64,000 nt of DNA from a virus (taxonomy: Duplodnaviria; Heunggongvirae; Uroviricota; Caudoviricetes), in IMG/VR virus record IMGVR_UViG_3300028887_000068, positions 160,001 to 224,000 of that record, one strand, 5' to 3'. The notes beneath the pieces are model-generated. The model was given only the letters and a program-made list of their open reading frames with translations, was not told where the DNA came from and made no database searches. Every line of letters begins with the position of its first letter. Position 1 is the stretch's first letter. Made by a program: the position numbers and the translations under genes. Below are positions 55,123 through 63,436 of this stretch, piece after piece.

Positions 55123-55269
55123 ATGGCACAGGTAATCATTGGGGGAATGATCCTCCTTATCTTATTGTTTGTTATGTTGATAGCAACATTCCTCATCCCC
55201 ATTATCCTTATGGGCGGTGGAATCATGTTCTTGTTATACCAGATAGCCTTGCACATGGGCTGCTTCTAG
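55123..55269 (+). CDS. 48-aa membrane peptide
   Basis: AGGAGG RBS before ATG 55123, almost entirely hydrophobic. Confidence 0.7.
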   Translation: MAQVIIGGMILLILLFVMLIATFLIPIILMGGGIMFLLYQIALHMGCF

Positions 55270-55275
55270 TATGAC

Positions 55276-55318
55276 AAAAAAAAAATAAGTGGTCTATACA
55301 ACCACTTATTTTTTTTTT
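55276..55318. terminator. bidirectional terminator
   Basis: A-tract, taagtggt...accactta, T-tract. Confidence 0.85.
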
Positions 55319-56048
55319 AACAGTGAATGACTTTCTCGAACGGAGAGTCAATACCCTTGATGCCCTTCTTTCCGGCTACACAACCCACAGACACAGCTGA
55401 GGTAACATCTTCGAATGCAATACCGGAGAATGTTGAGGTAACTCTCGGTAATTCCTGAATTCGGATGTTCGTATAGTCAGAATCAGAGCCAGTTCTACCA
55501 GCGATCTTACGATACGGAGTATAGATGTCTTTAGAGCTTCGACACATTTCCCCGATCATAGCTTCAGTAACCGACATAGGCACACCCAAGGCAGTGCCAT
55601 TGAGAGATGACACTTCTTTCAGGAAGTTTGCGATATCGGAGTACTTCAGGTTATCAGGGAGCTTACCGCCAAGCAGGAAGTTCAGGAAGAGTTCAGAGTT
55701 CTTTCCGTTCTGCACATTGAGAGCTTCTTGGAACATGACAGAATTACCTTTGATGGTAAATGCCATGTACTCATCCTCTTCGTGAGTACCCTTGAATTTT
55801 TTCTTCTCTTTTCTAGATTCAGCAAAGGGAATAGTAAGCTTCAAAGGGCAATCAAGCTGCCAGAGTTCCGGCTTGGATGTAGGTGTCTTGTAAATCTCAA
55901 TGAAAATGAATCCTATGGTCTTAACCAGTTCGCCTTCGACAACAGAGATTCTCTCATTATCGAAGAAGTACAGAGGGACGTACACCACAGCTTGCGGAGC
56001 TGTAAGATAGTAGTCATTCTCAACACGTTTCAGAAATGGTAATGCCAT
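55317..56048 (-). CDS. RNA polymerase beta' extreme C-terminal fragment (probably virion RNAP)
   Basis: SVTEAMIGEMCR..TSTFSGIAFEDVTSAV....VAGK......E.VI aligns with bacterial beta' KHIEVIVRQM..SFISAASFQETTRVL..AVAGK..LKENVI and with the C-terminus of 20835-22643. Confidence 0.65.
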   Translation of the reverse strand: MALPFLKRVENDYYLTAPQAVVYVPLYFFDNERISVVEGELVKTIGFIFIEIYKTPTSKPELWQLDCPLKLTIPFAESRKEKKKFKGTHEEDEYMAFTIKGNSVMFQEALNVQNGKNSELFLNFLLGGKLPDNLKYSDIANFLKEVSSLNGTALGVPMSVTEAMIGEMCRSSKDIYTPYRKIAGRTGSDSDYTNIRIQELPRVTSTFSGIAFEDVTSAVSVGCVAGKKGIKGIDSPFEKVIHC

Positions 56049-56063
56049 AGGATATCCTCACTT

Positions 56064-56076
56064 TCATATTGGAGTT
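56064..56076 (-). promoter_or_regulatory. AACT-class promoter variant (AACTccaaTATGA)
   Basis: Occupies the short intergenic gap before RBS. Confidence 0.6.
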
Positions 56077-56951
56077 TACTTAGATTCGCTGACATACTGG
56101 CCGAGGAGCTTATCAAAGTCTTCGACAGCATGGGCGAATTCTTCAACGATGCTCATATCAAGACGTTCGAAGACATCTTTCGGCAGGGATCTAGAAGCCA
56201 TAGCAGCCACGGAAATGGTACTGAGAGTCTTTGCCAAACCCTTGACGAACTGTCTGGAGTCATAACCGCCGAGTTTGTGGCAGTAATTGGCTACAGCGAT
56301 GGCGAAGCAACGATAGAGAGATTCCATCGGAGTCTTCACACAGAAGCGAAGAGCAAGGAGAAGATTCTTGAATGCTGGCTTACCAAGAATTTCGTCAACG
56401 TACTTGACAGAGGCTTCGAATTTGTCCTTATCATTCCATACGTTGACGATAGCAGACGGACGGACATTTTCTTCTTCGAAGAAGCCCATCGTCACTTTCT
56501 TCAGCGTAATGCTTTCTTGGAACTGGATATGGTTACGGTGAAGCTTCTGGAATTCGATCTTAAGCTTGTTCTTAAGGGAACTCTTACGCTTCGAGCCCTT
56601 GTATTCCTTCATCTTTTCGTTGATGAACTTATCGAGACCAACGGCATACGGTTGTGCAAGGAAGGCACGGGAGACCTTATGGGCAAGATTGAAACCCTTG
56701 AGAGTTTCGCCAACGAGAGCCACAGCAGCAGCTTCACGCATGGCAGCAGCTTCTTCCTTTTCATCCTTTCCGCTAGCAGATTCCATGATCTCCTGAGCTT
56801 TGTCAAGAGCGATGGTTTCATCTTCGCTCATCTGAGAACGGAGTTCAGCGTTGTCCTTAGCAATTTCTTCGGTTTTCTGTTCAAACGAGTTGATAGCTTC
56901 AAGAGCCTGTTCAGCTTGTTCTTCAATTTTCGGTTCCTGAGTTTCGCTCAT
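56076..56951 (-). CDS. hypothetical helical protein with acidic N-terminus
   Basis: AGGAG RBS, biased codon usage. Confidence 0.75.
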   Translation of the reverse strand: MSETQEPKIEEQAEQALEAINSFEQKTEEIAKDNAELRSQMSEDETIALDKAQEIMESASGKDEKEEAAAMREAAAVALVGETLKGFNLAHKVSRAFLAQPYAVGLDKFINEKMKEYKGSKRKSSLKNKLKIEFQKLHRNHIQFQESITLKKVTMGFFEEENVRPSAIVNVWNDKDKFEASVKYVDEILGKPAFKNLLLALRFCVKTPMESLYRCFAIAVANYCHKLGGYDSRQFVKGLAKTLSTISVAAMASRSLPKDVFERLDMSIVEEFAHAVEDFDKLLGQYVSESK

Positions 56952-56959
56952 GGTTACTC

Positions 56960-57778
56960 CTATTGATTTTTGATAGCGATCTCGCTCAACTGTTGGTATA
57001 CAGAGAGCGTAATTAAATGCTTTGCTTCAATGTTAGATTGATCATTCACAGATTTGATAAGGGAATCAAATGCTGTCGGAAGCACAACCAGTTCCAACTT
57101 ATCAAGAAGAATAGCGTTCTGCCATTCGTCTTCATTGTCGGCACAGTAGACTTCGAGTTCCTTGTAGAAGTCCGTAGAAGCGGTGGTTCCTTCAATCACG
57201 TCATTGACGACATCTTCAAGACAGTCAAGCAACACGAGAAGACCTGTATCTGTAGCCCCAGTATACTTCTTCTGTGCGCCGATATTCTTTCTCGAAGACT
57301 TCGATTTATATGTATTTATGAATTCCTTCTTGTGTTTGAGAATGGATTTCACGATGTAGTTAGCCAGACCTTCCTTGCGGTTAATAACAAGGAACGAGTA
57401 GAAAGCTTGAACTAGATCGGCGAAGTCAGCTCCACTTCCTTCAGTGCTACCGAAGGCATTGCTAGCTGCATCGATCCCAAAGAATTCCTTAAACTTGGTG
57501 AGAAGCCTGATGCGGATGTCATAAAGGTATTCCGTAAGGAAGTTAGCCTTATCGGTGCATCCTTGTTCTCTGGCTCTTTCCCTGAGAGCCATCACAGTGT
57601 TAGTAACGGCTGTAAGGGCATCCTCCTGAGTTTCGGTAGGAATCTTCTTCAGATCGTCCATCTGCTGAAATAGTCTCTCTTCAAGAGCCAACACATTGTC
57701 GTCCATTCGGAACTCTGAATTCCCTGTTCCGAACTCAAGATCTTCTGTATCGGTCATTAAATCGTTGTACTTGCCCAT
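56960..57778 (-). CDS. hypothetical protein downstream of terminase
   Basis: AAGGA RBS and promoter 57800-57812 inside terminase 3' end. Confidence 0.75.
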   Translation of the reverse strand: MGKYNDLMTDTEDLEFGTGNSEFRMDDNVLALEERLFQQMDDLKKIPTETQEDALTAVTNTVMALRERAREQGCTDKANFLTEYLYDIRIRLLTKFKEFFGIDAASNAFGSTEGSGADFADLVQAFYSFLVINRKEGLANYIVKSILKHKKEFINTYKSKSSRKNIGAQKKYTGATDTGLLVLLDCLEDVVNDVIEGTTASTDFYKELEVYCADNEDEWQNAILLDKLELVVLPTAFDSLIKSVNDQSNIEAKHLITLSVYQQLSEIAIKNQ

Positions 57779-59723
57779 AGAACGTATCCTTCATGGTTTT
57801 CATTGAAAAGTTCGGCTCATTCCCGAAATTGAGAGAAAAGATCTTCCTCATTTTCAGGTCGTCGTGAACCACGTTTTCTTCAGAGCTAATGATATGTTCA
57901 GTGATTGTCGTCATCTTCTCTTCCGGTACTGCAACACTCTTGCGTTCCCTGAGAGACGATGCACAGACTCTTCGCTTAAACATCTTAAAGCTATCGAACG
58001 ATGCGGCATATCTGCCGATGAGCATGGACATAAGGAAGTCGTCATGAGCGCCGTTAGAATGTTCAACCTTTCCGTTGCTCTTGCGTTCCAGTGTCTTAAG
58101 CTCTTCATAGGTGAATCTAGACCGGATTGTATGCGGTTCTTCTTCAACATACATGAACAGATTAGCAATCATGATATCACGAGATCCGGAAGTAGTGTCA
58201 ATACCGTAGACCTTCTGTACCTTGTTACCCTGTCCTGGGATCGGGTTATTGATAGTACGATAGAAGACTTTATTGGCAGTGACAGAACTCTCGAGCAATG
58301 TCGTAATCACGTCTAGACCATAGCTGTTTCTTTCAACCACTAAGAGCGAGTTATAGAACAGGTTACGGACTACTTCAATCAGAATTCTAGCAAACGGGAT
58401 TGGGTTAATCCTATTCGAAGAGAAGTAACCCTTCTCGTGGAAATCATCAATATCAAGCATATGAATGACAGAGAAGTCAGTGCCGACACCACCGCCAACG
58501 TCAACAGAGAGGATGACAGGATCATGGAAGTCCACTGGTTCAAGCATAGTGAACTTGTGGTTTCCTTGGTCTCCGATTCTAAGATAGGTCTCTTGTTCCT
58601 TACGGACAACAAAGTTGCTAACCCTTTCAAGACAGTCTTCGGTGAACGGAGACTTATCGGAAGAGAGCGTCCATTCAAGGTCAACTTCACGCTTAATCTT
58701 CTGTCTATCGTACTGAAGATCACGGCACTGCTGTTCGTACCACTTTTCATCACGACCGAGTTCTCTCCATGTGAATTCAATGTGGACGAAGTTATTGGTA
58801 GATCTTTCGTAGACATAATCCCTAAGCTTGTCAGCCGGAACGTCATACATTTCTTCAGTAAAGTCACAAGCAGCTTCAATAAGGTTATGCTTAGCCCATC
58901 CGCCTTCATCAGTATCGATAGAGTTCGGCGTAGTGGTAAACATCTTGAAATGAGGCACACCATTCTTCTCAGCTTCGATAGCAGCCTGAGATACAGCCGG
59001 AGCAGCAGCTGCATAGATGATGTTATTATATTTGGCGAACGCAATTTCATCGAAGAACCAGCACGGCATCGTAAGACCACGACCAAGCTTGTCTGCTTCT
59101 TCAGGGGATGTAGCAGCTGGCATAGCCGTGATTATATTCTTCAATAGCTTGTTACGAGAGAAAGTCGTAGAAGATTCTTGGTCTTCTCTGGACTGCTTCG
59201 GTTCAATCATCCATGCCGGAATCAATTCAACGATGTTCTTGAATCTCTTAAGGTTCACTTGTGCATCGCCATATTTCTTGTTCATGAACGTTGACTGCGT
59301 GTTTTTTGTTCCGAAGAAAAATAGCCAAGAAAATAAAGACACAGCACCGATGGTCTTACCGTGTTGACGAGGCATCAATGTGATCGTGTCTATGTTATGA
59401 AGGCTCATGTAAGTCAGAGCAAGGTTTCCGCGATGGAGATTATAGGGGATAGAGCCACCCGGAACAGGAATTCGTACTACCTCTCTAAAATAGTACCAAG
59501 GATTTATCTTGCACTCCGTAATTATTCGAGCCTTTATCTCTGTAGAAAGTCCTTCAGCTCTAGGATCAACAAATCTTAATCCTTCATCATACAATGCTAA
59601 GAAAAACTTGTTGTTCTTGATTCCTTTTTCCTTCAGGTATTGGTGCATCTGAAGGAAGCTGGTATTTTTAGTTAGCTGGTAGGATACTTTCCGTTGAGTG
59701 AGATCGGAAAGTTGTGCTGCCAT
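57735..59723 (-). CDS. terL: terminase large subunit
   Basis: Walker A MPRQHGKT, Walker B WFFDEIAF, TTTP, RNase H-fold VDVGGGVGTDFS, VERNSYG, HDDFLM. Confidence 0.92.
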   Translation of the reverse strand: MAAQLSDLTQRKVSYQLTKNTSFLQMHQYLKEKGIKNNKFFLALYDEGLRFVDPRAEGLSTEIKARIITECKINPWYYFREVVRIPVPGGSIPYNLHRGNLALTYMSLHNIDTITLMPRQHGKTIGAVSLFSWLFFFGTKNTQSTFMNKKYGDAQVNLKRFKNIVELIPAWMIEPKQSREDQESSTTFSRNKLLKNIITAMPAATSPEEADKLGRGLTMPCWFFDEIAFAKYNNIIYAAAAPAVSQAAIEAEKNGVPHFKMFTTTPNSIDTDEGGWAKHNLIEAACDFTEEMYDVPADKLRDYVYERSTNNFVHIEFTWRELGRDEKWYEQQCRDLQYDRQKIKREVDLEWTLSSDKSPFTEDCLERVSNFVVRKEQETYLRIGDQGNHKFTMLEPVDFHDPVILSVDVGGGVGTDFSVIHMLDIDDFHEKGYFSSNRINPIPFARILIEVVRNLFYNSLLVVERNSYGLDVITTLLESSVTANKVFYRTINNPIPGQGNKVQKVYGIDTTSGSRDIMIANLFMYVEEEPHTIRSRFTYEELKTLERKSNGKVEHSNGAHDDFLMSMLIGRYAASFDSFKMFKRRVCASSLRERKSVAVPEEKMTTITEHIISSEENVVHDDLKMRKIFSLNFGNEPNFSMKTMKDTFYGQVQRFNDRYRRS
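57800..57812 (-). promoter_or_regulatory. AACT-class promoter (AACTtttcAATGA), intragenic
   Basis: Consensus match 22 bp upstream of ATG 57778. Confidence 0.7.
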
Positions 59724-59738
59724 AGATACTCCTATAGT

Positions 59739-59771
59739 TCAATAGGTAGTTAGGGCAGAACTCAATAATGA
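59739..59771. promoter_or_regulatory. divergent AACT-class promoter pair
   Basis: AACTacctATTGA (-) and AACTcaatAATGA (+), 7 bp apart. Confidence 0.8.
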
Positions 59772-59783
59772 AAAGGAGTATTT

Positions 59784-60515
59784 ATGAGTACAGGCAAAAG
59801 AAAGAAGGTCGAAGACCTCGTGTACAGCGTGATGGATGCCCTAGACAAGACTGGTGAAAACACTGACAAGTATCGCAAGATGTTCAACAAGATGAGCGAT
59901 ACTCAGTTCAATACTTGGATGAGCAAGTTCTTGTCGGATCCTACAGCCAACTTTAGACTTGAAGTTCTCCCTCATAAGAACGAACCGGAATTCGACCAGA
60001 TAGAGAAAGCCCTGAAGATTCTCAATATTCCGCTAGAAGAATATGTCTATTTTCGTGACCAGAAGGATACTAACGGTAATCCGGTCAGAACAGCTACCCG
60101 TGTTCCGGTGTTCTATCTTTCCATCAAGCGATTGGAGCAGGTCGTTACCCATAAGTCTGGTGTTACTCTCGACATTGATAAGAGAAACCAGCTTACTGGT
60201 ACTGTGACTTCTGACTCCAAGGTCGCTAGAAACTCTGACGTGGAATCCTACGCTCTGTTGCTTCAGCAGAATGAAGACTCTATGAAGGAATTGAATGGTG
60301 CTCGAAGCGACAACATGGGTGCTAAGAGAGTTCTCTATTCTAAGATTCAGGCTGACGGATTCGTTAATCTGAAAGATGTCGAAGAAGGTTCTTCTGCATT
60401 TGAAAAGGTTGCCCTCAATACCTTCGATGCTTATATGCTTGGAGCTGGTGTCAAGACCGATACCATTACGGATTCCAATCTGCTCCCAGTGTCTCTTATC
60501 CCAGACATTGACTAA
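59784..60515 (+). CDS. RNA polymerase beta extreme C-terminal fragment (probably virion RNAP, phiKZ gp149-like)
   Basis: PVFYL.IKRL.Q...HK, R..LTG.V, R.SDVE..AL, EL..ARSD, F..Y..G.G correspond to the beta C-terminal clamp/switch region. Confidence 0.75.
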   Translation: MSTGKRKKVEDLVYSVMDALDKTGENTDKYRKMFNKMSDTQFNTWMSKFLSDPTANFRLEVLPHKNEPEFDQIEKALKILNIPLEEYVYFRDQKDTNGNPVRTATRVPVFYLSIKRLEQVVTHKSGVTLDIDKRNQLTGTVTSDSKVARNSDVESYALLLQQNEDSMKELNGARSDNMGAKRVLYSKIQADGFVNLKDVEEGSSAFEKVALNTFDAYMLGAGVKTDTITDSNLLPVSLIPDID

Positions 60516-60516
60516 C

Positions 60517-60549
60517 AAAAAATTCAGTATACTTGCGTATACTGAATTT
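60517..60549. terminator. bidirectional terminator
   Basis: aattcagtatac-ttgc-gtatactgaatt. Confidence 0.85.
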
Positions 60550-60553
60550 AATT

Positions 60554-63349
60554 TTACGATACGAACTGGATGAAGATATCGTTCTCTTTCTTGAGGGAAC
60601 GGCTTTCATTCAATACACCAAGGTTCACAGTCGGGAAAGACGGAACGAAGCCAGTGTTGCTCTGTTCACTATCCAACAGTGTCTTGTAATCAGGATCCGG
60701 CACGATGTACTTGACATGGTCGATCCCATTGATAGACTTGATGTTGATTGAATCACAGTCCGTAATCTGATTCTCCAATTCCTTGAGAAGATTGCTAAGA
60801 GAGATTCTCTCGGTGATGAGGACATTATTGTACACGAGATTGAACAACTGCTCAGTCCAATCTCTGACAATAGTGGAGATCTTCTTTTCCACTTCCTCAT
60901 CGTAACCGTTCTGACGGTCAACAACGATCTCGTAATACAGGTTCGGTTTGTAGAACTTCTGTACTTCCGTGGCTGAATCTTCTGAAGTCTTGAGCAGTTG
61001 TGCTCCCCAGAAGTTCGTACGCCCGTAGGTATTGAAGAATTTAATGTTGAGTCTGGTGTTGTTATGCAATCTCTTAGCAGCATTACGGATTGCTTCGATA
61101 ACACTCTTAAAGAGAGTCATAAAGCTATCGTAGACAGAGTTAGAGAAGAGCATACGACCACCGACAACCGGAAGCATATAGAGACATCTTGCACTGTCTT
61201 GTACGGTTGTTCCGATGGTAACAACATCGTTAAGGTTTTCGAAGAACTTGAAACCGCCATTGATAGTGCTAATAGACTTCAGACGGTACTCATTGAGACC
61301 ACGAGGGGCTTCAGAGCTGCTATTGATAGCACTAAGTTCCTTGTATTCGTTCTTATTGTCGTCGATGAGGTTGTTCTCATCTATCGGCTCCATGCAGTAG
61401 ATGAAAGCTTCGGCATTGCTAAGGAAAGAAACATTCTCCAATGCAGACCACTTGCCATTGGAATCGTAAGTAGCATAGAACTGGTTTAGACCCTTGCTCT
61501 TTACGCTCATAGTGTACTTTTCGTCGCTTTGAATACTGCCAATCTCAACAGTCGGGATAGCACATTCGAAACATCCTTCATCTTCGTTTCTCTGCATTTC
61601 AATGGCTACAAGCTTGTCGTTGGAGTCCTTGACCATAAGGAAATATCTGTTACGGGCAAGTTCACCTTCGGTCACATAAGCGTAGACATTAATAAGCTCA
61701 CCGAGCGCAGGATTCCTCTTAGCCTTAACATAGTTCACGATCGGTGTATCGACAGATTCTGAAGTGAGTGTCTTGATATAGACAGAGTAAGTCTCATCAA
61801 CATTTTCGTCAAACACATAAGTATGAACCGTATCTCCGCCGTTGTCTACATAATAAGAAAATGGTGAGAAATAGATGAACTCATTGCGATCAAGCAAACA
61901 TTCCTTAATGTCTTGTATTGGGTTCGTTTCATCAATGACTTTTCCCACAGTAAGGAAGTGTTCTTCATCCACCGGAGTAGAGCTGTGCCTGTCTTCATAG
62001 CGAATAGGCATGTATGGAAGAATCTTTACTAAGGTTGTTCCATCTTGAGAAGGCGGGATCTTTACATACGGGATAGTATTAGTTTCATACGTACAAGTAT
62101 CATCGGACATCATACAGAAGGCATTGAATTCACGGGTGATGATATCATCACGTTCTTTGAATACGATAACCTTCGTCTTTTCATTTCCGACGGAGGTACT
62201 AGCAAAATACTCGTTAAGGTCATTCTCAGATCCGAGAAGCTTTGCTCTAGTTCTATTGGTATAAATGTCCTTCTTGTGGGTCATCAGAGAATCTTCGTCA
62301 GATCCACCTGCCGGAGAAGAGAACACCCAAGAAGAAAACTCAGAAGCATAGTCAACCTTGTCTATACTGATAGCAGGAGTACCCTTAAAAGTGAAGTTAC
62401 CTGCTTCGCCGTCGGTAGTAGCAACAATGAATCTAAGGTTCGTTCCATTATTCGGAATGTAAGATCTGTCGCCACGACCAAAGTAAAACAATACGGTATC
62501 GCTGTCAAGTCTCTTCAGGAAGACACTCGGATCTTCACCTGCGCTCTTCAGAGCCGATGTAATGATCTTCAGTTCACTCCATTCGAAGCTATCATTGACA
62601 CGCTGAAAGGCTGTAGCACCGACATACTTCCTTCCAAAATCAATCATGTATTTACTGATACTGGAGTTCGAGGTATCGGTATACACGTCCTCATGGTATT
62701 CATAGATGACGTTAAAGACTACAATGGAAAAAGAAATCATCGTAGCTTTTCTGGTGTCATCATAGTATTCCTTAATCGGAACATAGAAGTTGCTCTTGAA
62801 GTCGTAGACCGTATCGAACAGCGGTGTTTCGCTTGTGATAGTCATACTTCCATTAGTGATAGGAACGCTCTTATAGAGACCACGAACACCATTGGCATTA
62901 CGGCTGAAGATAAGAGAATACGGAAGTCTGAATTCCGTTTCGTCTAACTTAACAAGGAAGTCTTCTCTGTCAATGGTAAGCCAACCGTTCTCATTAGCAT
63001 CAATGAGGCTGAGAAGCTTAGCCTTTTCAATTTCCATGATGATGGTACAAGAAGCCGGACGAGAAGCCTTGAGTTCAACGCCTTCAGATTCAGCCGTGTT
63101 ATAAATGGTAGACGGCATCATGGCGGTATTAAGGAAGAATTCGTTGAAGAGCATGTTTCTGTGGAACTGTGCGCTCTTAGACGAATGGGCGGCTATCTCA
63201 GTGAGATAGCCGAACATACCAAGCTTATTGGTTTCGTTAGTACCCGGAACCTGTGTGAAACACTTCTCGGCAAGCTTCATGAAAGCTTCCATAAATCCAT
63301 ACTGGTCATTACTTATTGTATTGAGGGCAGCATCAACTTCATTTGCCAT
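60554..63349 (-). CDS. baseplate wedge protein (T4 gp6/baseplate J-like)
   Basis: NE.FLNTA..PS.I...A, FG.G...IP, TTDGEAGN, AGGSDEDS motifs. Confidence 0.75.
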   Translation of the reverse strand: MANEVDAALNTISNDQYGFMEAFMKLAEKCFTQVPGTNETNKLGMFGYLTEIAAHSSKSAQFHRNMLFNEFFLNTAMMPSTIYNTAESEGVELKASRPASCTIIMEIEKAKLLSLIDANENGWLTIDREDFLVKLDETEFRLPYSLIFSRNANGVRGLYKSVPITNGSMTITSETPLFDTVYDFKSNFYVPIKEYYDDTRKATMISFSIVVFNVIYEYHEDVYTDTSNSSISKYMIDFGRKYVGATAFQRVNDSFEWSELKIITSALKSAGEDPSVFLKRLDSDTVLFYFGRGDRSYIPNNGTNLRFIVATTDGEAGNFTFKGTPAISIDKVDYASEFSSWVFSSPAGGSDEDSLMTHKKDIYTNRTRAKLLGSENDLNEYFASTSVGNEKTKVIVFKERDDIITREFNAFCMMSDDTCTYETNTIPYVKIPPSQDGTTLVKILPYMPIRYEDRHSSTPVDEEHFLTVGKVIDETNPIQDIKECLLDRNEFIYFSPFSYYVDNGGDTVHTYVFDENVDETYSVYIKTLTSESVDTPIVNYVKAKRNPALGELINVYAYVTEGELARNRYFLMVKDSNDKLVAIEMQRNEDEGCFECAIPTVEIGSIQSDEKYTMSVKSKGLNQFYATYDSNGKWSALENVSFLSNAEAFIYCMEPIDENNLIDDNKNEYKELSAINSSSEAPRGLNEYRLKSISTINGGFKFFENLNDVVTIGTTVQDSARCLYMLPVVGGRMLFSNSVYDSFMTLFKSVIEAIRNAAKRLHNNTRLNIKFFNTYGRTNFWGAQLLKTSEDSATEVQKFYKPNLYYEIVVDRQNGYDEEVEKKISTIVRDWTEQLFNLVYNNVLITERISLSNLLKELENQITDCDSINIKSINGIDHVKYIVPDPDYKTLLDSEQSNTGFVPSFPTVNLGVLNESRSLKKENDIFIQFVS

Positions 63350-63371
63350 ATCAGCCTCTTGAATGATTTTT

Positions 63372-63384
63372 TCATTAGAAAGTT
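63372..63384 (-). promoter_or_regulatory. AACT-class promoter (AACTttctAATGA)
   Basis: Consensus match after terminator 63404-63421. Confidence 0.75.
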
Positions 63385-63436
63385 CCCATAGGCAAAAAAT
63401 AAAAGCTCCCTTTCGGGAGCTGGAAAATGGTCTAGC

